Positions 1-8,301 of a stretch of DNA of 51,712 bases are shown piece by piece. The first letter of the stretch is position 1; each line of letters begins with the position of its first letter. The DNA comes from Chthoniobacteraceae bacterium. Lineage in GTDB: Bacteria > Verrucomicrobiota > Verrucomicrobiia > Chthoniobacterales > Chthoniobacteraceae. The stretch covers positions 1 to 51,712 of the forward strand of contig JANNWY010000111.1 in NCBI GenBank assembly GCA_031409335.1. Direction: 5' to 3'. The notes beneath the pieces are model-generated. The model was not told the DNA's origin. It saw nothing but the letters and a program-made list of their open reading frames with translations, and did not search any database. A program made the position numbers and the translations under genes.

Positions 1-166
1 TTGTCCTTGGCATGTTGCGCCGGCTCGCGCTGAGCTTTGCCATCCCCTGGATTGCGCAAAGGCAACGCAAACACCCACGCACTTCCACCCGCGACTTCCT
101 CGATCATCTGCGGGCGGCAAACTCCCGCCGGGCCTTTGATCTCATCACCGCCAAGTCTCCAACCGC

Positions 167-831
167 GTGGAGAATTTAGAAAAAATCAGCCCTACGTCGA
201 GGACGCGATACTCGCGCGCCGTCTATCAGCCCGCAAAGGCGCTGGCGGATGAAATTTACCGACGGGAAATCCGCAAGACCGCTCCCTCAGAAATGCTGCG
301 CATTTTGTTCACGAGTGGCGGCACCGGTGCGGGTAAGAGCACGGCGCTGGCAATGCTCCACGCCGAGTCGGACCCCAGCGACCAATATGACATTCTCGTG
401 GATGGCACTTTGTCGGACTACACGGCAGCGCGGGCGAAAATTCGGCAGCCGCTCGCCCTCGGTCACAGCGTGGCAATTATCCACGTCCACCGCGCGTTTG
501 CCGAAACAGTGCGGATGGTTGTGAAACGCGCAATCGAGATGGGCCGTGCAGTCACCCTGGACAACATCGCGGCCACGCACTTCCGTTCGGCAGAGACGCT
601 TTTCAAACTCGCGGAAGAGTTCGGCGAGCGGATCGACCTCCGCGTCCTCGAAAACTCCGGCGATAAGCCCGCGCGGACAATTTCTCTAGCCGAACTTGCG
701 AGCAGGAGGGCCAACAGCGTTGACCAACTGCGCAAACTGGCCACACTCTGCTCGTCAATGAATTCCACAGCCTCAAAGTTGACCATCCCGAAATCCATGA
801 AGCTCTCTTCCAAAACGGTTCTCGCCGCTAA
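167..831 (+). pseudogene. Zeta-toxin-like P-loop kinase/ATPase, probably frameshifted near 742 and with a degraded 5' end
   Basis: Walker A FTSGGTGAGKST and downstream LVDGTLS as in zeta-toxin family proteins. The -1 frame after LRKLA reads HTLLVNEFHSLKVDHPEIHEALFQNGSRR-stop (829-831), a more plausible C-terminus. Confidence 0.6.
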
Positions 832-949
832 AGTCCAGCGACCTGCAGCGACGATGCAGGGGAAAACTCTGGCAGACCGTGCAGTGGGGCGCATGGTGAC
901 TGGCCTGAATGCGGCCCAACGCAGCGGTAAGTTTCCGAAGGTCTATTGA
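797..949 (+). CDS. Small basic hypothetical protein (50 aa), possible partner of the zeta-like protein
   Basis: ATG at 797 (MKLSSKTVLAAK...KFPKVY) overlaps the inferred true 3' end of the zeta-like gene. It is currently in frame with ORF 167-949. Confidence 0.4.
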   Translation: MKLSSKTVLAAKVQRPAATMQGKTLADRAVGRMVTGLNAAQRSGKFPKVY

Positions 950-968
950 GAGTCGGCTGGCGTTCATT

Positions 969-2003
969 TTAGCGCGGAAAAGTCGCTCCGATTTGCGCCC
1001 GGATTGCGGCGAGTTCATTGCGGTCGGAACACGGCGAGATAGTCGGTGTCGGATGATTGGAATACCATCGCGCGACGCGTTCCCGGCGATCTAAACCATC
1101 TTTGGCGAGCAGTGCCGCCGCCTTTACAATCGTCGAGGACGGATTGAAGAGCACGATTTTCCCGCTGCTCGCCGCCCGATCCACAGCGTAGCCGTGACAG
1201 ACGAACAACGTCCTTTCGTAGCTGGCCGTGATGCGGCGCTCGTCGTGCCCATCGCAGAGCGCTCGAAAGGCGTAGCTGTGCGCCGCACGCCGACTGAACC
1301 GCACCTTGCAGTTGTCCCAATGGCAGCCCGCGAGTCGAGCCTGCAAGGCGAACGCCTTTCGCTGCAATGCCTGCGGCTTCGCAGCTCGTCCCTCCCGACC
1401 GCGCCACAGCGTAGCACCGCGCTTTGCGCCGTATAAATCTGGCTGCTGTATTCCGTAGGAATCCTTATCCAGAGGATTGTCACAGCCTCCGCGAATTTCG
1501 GGCATTTTCGGACCGTAAAATTGACCGCTCAAATCCTGTGCCGATGCGGGCGCAAAAGGGATTTTGCAGGCGCGTTCGACGCTTGCCGCCGGGGCTGCGG
1601 ATTCCTTGCGTGGCCGTCCGCGTGGGCGTTTTACGTTGCTGGCAGGAACTGGATTTGTGCGAGGTCTCCCACGAGGCCGCGATACGGGGCGGGGGAGATT
1701 GATTGTCGGTGCGATCTTTTCGCCATCATCTGCGAGGGTCGTGTCATTGTGCAGCCGCTGGCCCTGGCGGTCGTAGAAGAGCGAGTGCTTGTCGAAAAGG
1801 AGCTTGGCAGGATCGGCCACCATCACGCCCCAAGTGCTCGTCTTCGATCCGCGCTTGCGGCGCAACTTCGTCTCGAATGCCAGCCCACATTCACGCCGCA
1901 AACGTGAAAGCTCGCGGGTTGCATGTTCGCGGCTGAATCCTGTCTTGGCGCAGAACGCCTTGAGATCCACGTCGCCCCAAATCGGCGACCGTTCGGCAAC
2001 CAT
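969..2003 (-). CDS. Putative DNA-binding/replication-type protein with N-terminal HTH-like segment and two AT-hook motifs; true start uncertain (possible frameshifted N-terminus from ATG 2086)
   Basis: DLKAFCAKTGFSREHATRELSRL resembles an HTH. RPRGRPR and KRPRGRPRK match the AT-hook core. Located inside the att-bounded element. Confidence 0.55.
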   Translation of the reverse strand: MVAERSPIWGDVDLKAFCAKTGFSREHATRELSRLRRECGLAFETKLRRKRGSKTSTWGVMVADPAKLLFDKHSLFYDRQGQRLHNDTTLADDGEKIAPTINLPRPVSRPRGRPRTNPVPASNVKRPRGRPRKESAAPAASVERACKIPFAPASAQDLSGQFYGPKMPEIRGGCDNPLDKDSYGIQQPDLYGAKRGATLWRGREGRAAKPQALQRKAFALQARLAGCHWDNCKVRFSRRAAHSYAFRALCDGHDERRITASYERTLFVCHGYAVDRAASSGKIVLFNPSSTIVKAAALLAKDGLDRRERVARWYSNHPTPTISPCSDRNELAAIRAQIGATFPR

Positions 2004-2209
2004 GAATAGCCACCCTCGCAAGCGGGCGCGGCACGTTGCCGCGCTGCCAGGGCGACGTCCGCGGCAGCGTTGGCGACTGTCTTCATTCCGCCGGCATAAA
2101 GGCAAAGCCTCCCGGCGGAAAAAATCCGCATTTTTCCCTGACTCGCGCGCTCTCGGAATCAAGGCTCACCGCGCGTAAACAACGGGTTGTCCTGACGCCA
2201 AAAACTTCC

Positions 2210-2248
2210 GGGACCTTGGCAAGCGACCAACTTGCCAAGGCCCTTTTT
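2210..2248. terminator. Rho-independent terminator-like hairpin, possibly bidirectional
   Basis: Perfect 10-bp stem CCTTGGCAAG (2214-2223) / CTTGCCAAGG (2231-2240) with a 7-nt loop. TTTTT at 2244-2248 and an A-run just upstream. Confidence 0.6.
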
Positions 2249-2268
2249 GCTGAGAGATATGGATGGTT

Positions 2269-2297
2269 TTAGGTAGTCTTCATTGGGTCACCTCCTT
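2269..2297 (-). promoter_or_regulatory. Strong Shine-Dalgarno plus 4-codon minigene (MKTT)
   Basis: Minus strand reads AAGGAGGTGA-CCCA-ATG AAG ACT ACC TAA. Confidence 0.45.
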
Positions 2298-2461
2298 GCT
2301 ATGTGGAATCCCGCGCAAATAAGCTCCCGTTTGGGAGCTTCCACCCGACGCTCAACCAACATCTCGATCTCGTTTTCTGCGGCACCCGCCTTTGTGATGC
2401 CACGTCTTCACACTGGCCGCTCTTTCCTCGGAAAGCCGTGGTAGCCCCGGCGAAAAAATCG

Positions 2462-2582
2462 TGTGCCGCCCTGTGCCTGTTTGTGCCGCACCTTCACCGC
2501 CCGCAAACCCTTTTCCACAGATGTTTTCCAGCTCACGATGCCGCCTTGTTCCGGGTTGTGCCACCCCCTGCCGGATTGTGCC
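2462..2582 (+). repeat. 10-bp-phased TGTGCC direct repeats next to the att core (candidate integrase arm / excisionase sites)
   Basis: TGTGCC at 2462, 2472, 2482, 2557 and 2577. Degenerate GATGCC 2537, TGTTCC 2547 and CCTGCC 2567 are in phase with the last two. Confidence 0.55.
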
Positions 2583-2600
2583 GAAAACGCCCGTTTCTCT

Positions 2601-2645
2601 ATGGGGTTCAAGAGGTCGCGGGTTCGAATCCCGCCGGCCCGACCA
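2601..2645 (+). mobile_element. att site: displaced 3' half of tRNA-Pro(GGG)
   Basis: ATGGGGTTCAAGAGGTCGCGGGTTCGAATCCCGCCGGCCCGACCA = anticodon loop (GGG), 3' anticodon strand, T-arm GGTTCGAATCC, acceptor strand and CCA. No 5' half lies upstream. Confidence 0.85.
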
Positions 2646-3050
2646 CTTGAAACCAAGTCTGGTAAAGGATTCGCGGGCATAGGCGGGTTTCGATCCAAAA
2701 TCCAGTCAATACACGCCGTCAATACACATTCTGGGCAGCGTGAGCGTGCCAGACAGCACGCAGCGGTGTCGTGCTCTCTGTGAATCGTCGCGCGACAAGG
2801 CGGCCCTGGGGTGCTGCGTTGCTGGGGAACGACGCTCGGGGGTTGGACGAAACCTTTGCGCACGAAGGCCACGCCATGCGATCAGCCGGCCTTTGATCCC
2901 GCTCCAGCGAGGATCAGCCAGCCCTGCAATTCATGCACGGGATTCTTCTCTGAAAACCAAACGCCGAGAGACGCCCTGTGGGATTTTACGACAACTTCCG
3001 CAAAAAAGATGCTCCGTACACGGAGCCACTTTCGCGAAAAATTTTCCTTA

Positions 3051-3076
3051 GTTTTGCGCCCAGAAAGGCACAAAAC
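3051..3076. promoter_or_regulatory. Inverted repeat, candidate XRE operator
   Basis: GTTTTGCGCC-CAGAAA-GGCACAAAAC (9/10 arm match) ends 2 bp before the TTG start of the XRE gene. Confidence 0.4.
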
Positions 3077-3078
3077 TC

Positions 3079-3357
3079 TTGAAATATTACAACATCATAG
3101 GGCCTCAAGTGAGGCGAATCCGATACGCCCGCGATTGGTCCCAATCAGAAATGGCTGCGAAATTGCAGTGTGCGGGCTGGGACATCTCCCGGAGCGGCGT
3201 TTCCAAAATCGAAGCGCGCTTGAAATTCGTCTTGGATTTTGAACTCGATTTTCTGGTGGAGGTTCTGCAAGTCGAGTTGAAGGAATTGTTCCCCAATCAT
3301 CTTCCGGGCGAACGTGCGCATGATCGTCTCACGCGCTTGATGAGCAAAAGATTTTGA
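3079..3357 (+). CDS. XRE-family (HTH_3) transcriptional regulator
   Basis: NIIGPQVRRIRYARDWSQSEMAAKLQCAGWDISRSGVSKIE is a Cro/C1-type HTH. Confidence 0.85.
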   Translation: MKYYNIIGPQVRRIRYARDWSQSEMAAKLQCAGWDISRSGVSKIEARLKFVLDFELDFLVEVLQVELKELFPNHLPGERAHDRLTRLMSKRF

Positions 3358-3494
3358 AATCATCCGGGTTGCGGTAGCGCCGCTCACAAGTGGCGGCGGA
3401 CCCGGTAAGGCTGAAAAAAATCGCCCGCCAGCGGTTCAGGTGCTTATTTTCATGAAGTGTTGCCCGACTCAAAGCTCGTCATTTCCAGAACCTC

Positions 3495-3830
3495 ATGAAA
3501 TCGCCAACCGCAGAATCTTCGTTCAAGCTCACCCAAGCCGTCCGTTCGCTGTTGCGGTGCGAGGAGTTGCAGGGGGATGAGGTTTCCGAAGCCACGCATC
3601 AACTCATCGAGGAAGTGCTTGAAACGGTGGGACAGGTGCAAAGGGAATGCGAGTTCCCGGATCGCGCGGAAATCATTGAGTTTTTTGCCAGGCGTTTGGC
3701 GGATGAGAATCGGGAGATGCTCGTGAAGCGCGTCGTCGCATTAGTGGGAACGCTTTCCAATGAGGAACTGTATTCGAGCTACGCGGAGGCTCGGGATTCC
3801 GAGCGCGGTTTGGGGCAAGGGAAAACGTAG
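3495..3830 (+). CDS. Hypothetical protein (acidic, helical)
   Basis: 111-aa ORF with protein-like composition between the two XRE genes. No motif recognised. Confidence 0.55.
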   Translation: MKSPTAESSFKLTQAVRSLLRCEELQGDEVSEATHQLIEEVLETVGQVQRECEFPDRAEIIEFFARRLADENREMLVKRVVALVGTLSNEELYSSYAEARDSERGLGQGKT

Positions 3831-4042
3831 GCTTCGCTTCCGCCTGCCTTCCCGACGGGCCGGCCAAAATTGAGCCCGGCATCGCTGTGACCGGCGTAAA
3901 TGTCGGCGTCTGCCTGCACGGCGAGCAGTCTGGCAAAATGCAGCGCGGTGCAATCCACATTCACACCAAAGCCCAATGACGATGAGCTTCGTTCTGCCGT
4001 CAGCGGGGCGGACGGCTCGATTTTTGAATCCTTGCCCGCGGC

Positions 4043-4348
4043 ATGGATCACAAGAACGTTGTCGGAAGGGAGGTGGCGCGGATCAGGAGCAATCGCGGCT
4101 TGTCGCAAGCGGATTTGGCGAGGGAGCTTCAGAAATCCGGCTGGGACATCAGTAGAAGCGAGGTCTCAAAAATAGAAATGCGAATCCGGGAAGTGAAGGA
4201 CTGGCAGATGTTGCTTCTGGTTCGCGTCCTCAAAACTCCACACGATTCGTTCTACCCTTGCCTCGATCCAAAAAAGGCGCTTCGTGACGCTTTCGCTGAG
4301 ACGATGACGAGGAAGCCAAAACGATCTTCCCCGCCGGTTGTCGAGTGA
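4043..4348 (+). CDS. XRE-family (HTH_3) transcriptional regulator
   Basis: NVVGREVARIRSNRGLSQADLARELQKSGWDISRSEVSKIE; paralog of 3079-3357. Confidence 0.85.
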   Translation: MDHKNVVGREVARIRSNRGLSQADLARELQKSGWDISRSEVSKIEMRIREVKDWQMLLLVRVLKTPHDSFYPCLDPKKALRDAFAETMTRKPKRSSPPVVE

Positions 4349-4635
4349 GCAGAACGGGCGTCTGCTCGCCCAAGTAAATTACCAATCATCGCGTTCACGC
4401 GCGCGACGATTTTCGCGATGGAGGATTGGTTGTTCCGGCGATGGCAACCGGAGCAGCGAGGCCCTCCCGAAAAAGGGCCGGCTCTAGCTGCGGAGGTTGT
4501 GAGTAACTGCGGCGGAAGGCGGGCGCAGTTATTCAAATCGCCGGAAACAACCGGCTCGAACCTCGGGATTTTTTCTCACGCACCCGAGGACTTCGAGGCG
4601 TCGTTTTCTTGCGCCGTTCATGCAAGCGTAGAGCG

Positions 4636-4829
4636 CGGGGCGCAGACCGACGAAGCCGAGGTCGATCTTGTGACTTTCGAGCGGCTCGATCTGCTCGGCG
4701 CTGGTCATGTCGAAAAGGCTCAGCGCCACGTGAGGATAGAGTTTTTCGGAAGGCTGCGAGCGTCGCCGGGGTCAGTCCGTAGTGGATGTTCGCGATGCAG
4801 CCGATAGGGAGATGCGAGCTTTCCCCGTG
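4636..4829 (-). pseudogene. Internal fragment of a LysR-family regulator (substrate-binding domain start), frameshifted
   Basis: [29 protein letters not shown] / (frameshift) YPHVALSLFDMTSAEQIEPLESHKIDLGFVGLRP matches the LysR linker and ...IDLGF motif. No HTH and no C-terminus. Confidence 0.7.
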
Positions 4830-4947
4830 GCTCATCCCGCGGGACGGCAGCGCGAAGTCGATCGGTGAATTCGAGAACAAGGGTGAGCGCGAGTTCTCCC
4901 CGCCGAATCCCGGCGAGATGCTGAACTGGGTGCTCGTGCTGGACGCC
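4828..4947 (+). pseudogene. C-terminal fragment resembling the putative collagen-binding domain at the end of DUF4038/GH140-type proteins
   Basis: [40 protein letters not shown] resembles the W.xPRxG...F.PP...DWVLVL terminus of that domain. No start codon. Confidence 0.5.
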
Positions 4948-4961
4948 TTGGGGCAAGCCCC

Positions 4962-6209
4962 TCACGGCTTGGGCTTGATGAACAGGACTTCCCCGCGGTC
5001 GATCCAGCCCTTGCGCAAATCGACGCGGAACCAGCCATCGCCATTCTTTTTGTGAAAGCGCGTGCCTGAGCGCGGGCCGAATTCCTTGAGGTCGTATTGC
5101 GCCCACGTCTTGCCCATGTCGGGTGAGTAGATGAATCCCGTGACGTAAGGCGATGCCGGCGCGTAGTGCGCGGCGAGCATGATGCCGTCCTGGATAATCA
5201 TGTTTGCGGATTCGTATTCGGGATTGAAAAGCAGCGTGTGCGCGGCGGGGTTTGCGATGTCCGCCGGGGCGCAGGTGAAGATTCCGCGATCATGTTTTTC
5301 GCGCCGCTTCGGGCCGTTGGCGTCACTGGCCCAATACACTTTGCCGCCGACGAAATTGATGCCGCCGGATTTATGGCGCGAGTCGGAGTTCACGGAGATG
5401 AGGACTTTCCAATCCCACGCGTCGGCCTTCGCGTCGTAGGTGCCGCGCAGCCAGTGGCACTCGGGGCCTTGGCCGCGATCCAGATCGCCGGTGCAAGCAT
5501 AGAAGGCGTTCTCAGCGGGATTGAACGCGACGCTGTGGACGTGACGGCAGATGAGCGGGTTCTTCGCATCGCCCAAAAGTGTGGTCGTGTCCTTTTGCTG
5601 AAAGTCAGGGTTTTGCCCAAATGAATACGCGAGCTTTACCGTCTCGCCGCTGTCGGTGGAGTAGTAGATATTTACCGGCACAGGTCCGCCGATGACGTTG
5701 CAGTAGTTGCCCCACACGAGCATCTCCGCGCCGTTCACGTCCCATGTGTGCTCGCCGTCGAGCGGGTGAAAATACCAGCCGGGTTCGGCTGGGTTCACCG
5801 GCGTGTGCGGGAGATAGTCGCGGCCCTCGCGATCCTTTACGATGATGGGGCGGTGCGTCTTGAGGTTGTCGGTGCTGAGGAAAAGTTTTTCGCGCGTGGC
5901 GAAGAGGATGTTCCCGTTTTTGAGCAGGCAGCTAAACGTGATGTTCTCCGCGTCGGCAAACTCCGCGCGGTGCGGCCAGGTCTTGCCGTTGTCCTCGGAA
6001 AGAAAGATTTTTCCTCCGCCAAACCCGAACGCTTTGTGGTCGCGCTGCGAGTCGATGTAAGGCCCATCCGGCGCGAGGCGGTAAAAAAAATGTTCCGTCT
6101 CCGCCACGTCGGAAAGCGCGGCGGCGAGGTCCAGCGTGCCGTTTAGCAAAAGGCCGCCCGCTGTGGTTGCGAGCCACTGGCGTCGCGTGAATTGTGATGT
6201 GTGATTCAT
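4962..6209 (-). CDS. Tat-exported BNR/Asp-box beta-propeller protein (sialidase-like fold)
   Basis: [13 protein letters not shown] twin-arginine signal. Asp-boxes [16 protein letters not shown] and SPDMGKTW. Confidence 0.85.
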   Translation of the reverse strand: MNHTSQFTRRQWLATTAGGLLLNGTLDLAAALSDVAETEHFFYRLAPDGPYIDSQRDHKAFGFGGGKIFLSEDNGKTWPHRAEFADAENITFSCLLKNGNILFATREKLFLSTDNLKTHRPIIVKDREGRDYLPHTPVNPAEPGWYFHPLDGEHTWDVNGAEMLVWGNYCNVIGGPVPVNIYYSTDSGETVKLAYSFGQNPDFQQKDTTTLLGDAKNPLICRHVHSVAFNPAENAFYACTGDLDRGQGPECHWLRGTYDAKADAWDWKVLISVNSDSRHKSGGINFVGGKVYWASDANGPKRREKHDRGIFTCAPADIANPAAHTLLFNPEYESANMIIQDGIMLAAHYAPASPYVTGFIYSPDMGKTWAQYDLKEFGPRSGTRFHKKNGDGWFRVDLRKGWIDRGEVLFIKPKP

Positions 6210-6239
6210 GGCGGTTGGGTGATTACTCGTCCAACAACC

Positions 6240-7352
6240 ATGCACACACGCCGAATCAGTTTTGCCTTTTTTCTCCTGCTCTCCGCGCTCGCGATGGCGG
6301 AGAAGCCCGCGTTTCAATACAAGTCCGCGGGCATCGAAGTGCCCGCCGCCACTGCCGATGAGCCGATGGTGAAAGCGTTCGGCCCGGACACGATCAAAGC
6401 GGCGGCGAAGTATCTCGACGACGGCGCGCATCATTGGGTGCGGGAGAAGTCGTGCATCGCCTGCCACAGCACCGGTGTCTATATGGTCGAGCGGTCTGCG
6501 CTGACGAAATTCCTCGGCAAACCCAGCGAAGAAGTACGCGCAAATTTCGTCGAGGCTGTGCCCTCGGCAACGGCCAAATCGGACGGTGCCGCCATCGGCT
6601 CCGTGTGGCGCAGCTCCGGCCTCGCGGCGTGGGACCAGCACGTCACCGGCACCCTCAGCGAGCCGACTGCGCGCTCGCTGCAACGCACGATGACGCTGCT
6701 CACGGCGGAGGGTTTTTTCAAAACCTACGAGCAGGTGGAAATCCCCTACATCACCACCGACTTCGAGCTGACGGTGCAGGCCGCGCGCGCCGTCGTCACC
6801 GCGCCGGGCTGGCTGGCAAATCTCACGGACGCCGACACGCTCGCCCGCGTCGAGCGGATGAAAAAATTCCTCCGCGAACACGAGCCGGTGAATGACTACG
6901 AACTCGCACTGAAACTCCAACTCGCCGCGCTGCTGCCGGAGCTGGTCCCGCAGCCGCAGCGCGACGCCGCGACCGCGATGCTCTGGCGCTGGCAGCAAAC
7001 CGATGGCGGCTGGTCCACGCGGCGCATGTCGGACCTGATGAAATGGCACGAGAAGATGGATCCGAAAGTCGTGGAAATGATCCAGGGCGAACCCGACGCC
7101 GCGAGTCCCGCGAGCGATGCTTACATGACTTCCTTTGCCATCGTCCTCCTGCGTGAAAGCGGCGTGCCCGCGAGCGATGAACGCATACAAAAAGGCATCA
7201 CCTGGTTGAAGCTGAACCAGCGCGTGAGTGGTCGCTGGTGGATGAAGTCGCTCTTCCGCGACACGTATCACTACATCACCTACATCAGCACCGCGCAGGC
7301 TCTCCGCGCCCTCGCGCTCTGCGGCGAAATGCCGAAGCCCACCGGCGATTAG
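6240..7352 (+). CDS. Secreted squalene-hopene cyclase-like / prenyltransferase-repeat (alpha/alpha barrel) protein
   Basis: Sec signal peptide; QW-type repeats WQQTDGGW and WLKLNQRVSGRW; CIACH motif near the N-terminus. Confidence 0.8.
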   Translation: MHTRRISFAFFLLLSALAMAEKPAFQYKSAGIEVPAATADEPMVKAFGPDTIKAAAKYLDDGAHHWVREKSCIACHSTGVYMVERSALTKFLGKPSEEVRANFVEAVPSATAKSDGAAIGSVWRSSGLAAWDQHVTGTLSEPTARSLQRTMTLLTAEGFFKTYEQVEIPYITTDFELTVQAARAVVTAPGWLANLTDADTLARVERMKKFLREHEPVNDYELALKLQLAALLPELVPQPQRDAATAMLWRWQQTDGGWSTRRMSDLMKWHEKMDPKVVEMIQGEPDAASPASDAYMTSFAIVLLRESGVPASDERIQKGITWLKLNQRVSGRWWMKSLFRDTYHYITYISTAQALRALALCGEMPKPTGD

Positions 7353-7496
7353 GCTGCTTTGCACGCCAGCGATTTTGTCTGGGTGGACGAAAGCGCACGC
7401 GCGTCGCCACCGTCCTCGTGTCCACGCACCGCCATCGGGGCACACGCGGGAATCGTTCCGGCAGGATGTCTAATTTCATTCCGGTCTGCTGGTGGT

Positions 7497-7512
7497 GGAT
7501 TGTATGCAATCC
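7497..7512. promoter_or_regulatory. GntR/FadR-type operator palindrome overlapping the gntR start codon
   Basis: GGATTGTATGCAATCC is a near-perfect palindrome with a TTGTA..CAA core typical of GntR-family operators. Confidence 0.6.
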
Positions 7513-8199
7513 ACAATACGGCTCACCAATGGCCCGACCGAACACATCGCCTCGCGGCTGCGAGGAGAGGTCGTGGCGGGGCGGTTCCATGCGGGTGAGC
7601 CGTTGCGGGAGGTCGCGCTGGCGGCGGAGTTCGGCGTCGGGCGGACGCTGGTGCGGCAGGCGTTTGGCGTCCTGGTGAAGGAAGGGCTGCTGAAGGCGAG
7701 GCACAACTGCGGGGTCACGGTCGCGGAGCCGCCGTCGCAGGCTGCGCGGGAATTGCTCACGCCGCTGCGGGTGCAAATCGAGACGTATGCGCTGCGGCGA
7801 TGTTTCGATGCGCTGGATGACGCGGCTTTCCGCGAATGGGATGCGCTGCTCATCCGGCTGCGGCACGCGGTGGAGCTGCGCGACCGAGCGGCGATTCTCG
7901 ATGCGGACTTTGCATTTCATCGCTCCATCCTGGCCCGGGCGGGACTGGAGGAACTGGTGCCGGTGTGGCAGCCGGTCATCACGCGATTGCGCGCGTATCA
8001 CGACCGGCGGAACCGCCGCTTTGACGACGGCCAGCTTCCGCTCATCCACGCGATTCACGAGGCGCTCGTGCGCGTGTTTCGCGAGGGGACGAAGCGCGAG
8101 GCGCTGGCCGCGCTCAGGTCGCACATCGAGGACGGCGAGTTCAACCAGCGCGTGCGGCGCGCGTGGCTGCGGCGACAGGCGGGAAGACAGAAACATTGA
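7504..8199 (+). CDS. GntR-family transcriptional regulator (FCD domain)
   Basis: GEPLREVALAAEFGVGRTLVRQAF wHTH; DADFAFHRSI and HEALV FCD motifs. Confidence 0.92.
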   Translation: MQSTIRLTNGPTEHIASRLRGEVVAGRFHAGEPLREVALAAEFGVGRTLVRQAFGVLVKEGLLKARHNCGVTVAEPPSQAARELLTPLRVQIETYALRRCFDALDDAAFREWDALLIRLRHAVELRDRAAILDADFAFHRSILARAGLEELVPVWQPVITRLRAYHDRRNRRFDDGQLPLIHAIHEALVRVFREGTKREALAALRSHIEDGEFNQRVRRAWLRRQAGRQKH

Positions 8200-8301
8200 A
8201 GACAGAAAAATGAGGACTTGGACTTTTGAAATCGTGTTCCGTCAGGGCTGGCCCAGCCCCTGCCTGTCCCCCATTTTTCTCTCTTTAATTTTTCTCTCTT
8301 C
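8183..8301. repeat. Palindromic GACAGAAAAAT element copy 1 (contains gntR stop, PSD1 ATG and signal-peptide core)
   Basis: Left arm 8183-8212 GAAGACAGAAACATTGAAGACAGAAAAATG; right arm 8272-8301 CATTTTTCTCTCTTTAATTTTTCTCTCTTC; 26/30 complementary by hand count. Confidence 0.85.

Noticed and set aside
2511..2519. DnaA-box-like TTTTCCACA
   Set aside because: Single occurrence with no cluster or AT-rich unwinding region; plausible by chance.
2570..2680. Complete or permuted tRNA-Pro gene (CTTGAA and AGTCTGGTA after the CCA look like anticodon-stem and D-loop pieces)
   Set aside because: No 5' acceptor strand or D-stem can be formed on either side and the pieces are in the wrong order. Treated as an att fragment only.
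6453..6467. CIACH in the cyclase-like protein as a heme c site
   Set aside because: A CxxCH motif alone is insufficient and no cytochrome domain context is visible; left unassigned.
6210..7445. N-terminal 411-aa extension of ORF 4962-7445 (-)
   Set aside because: Antisense shadow of the cyclase-like gene. The Tat signal at 6209 marks the real start.
7787..8209. N-terminal extension of ORF 7787-11239
   Set aside because: Overlaps gntR in another frame. The signal peptide begins at ATG 8210.
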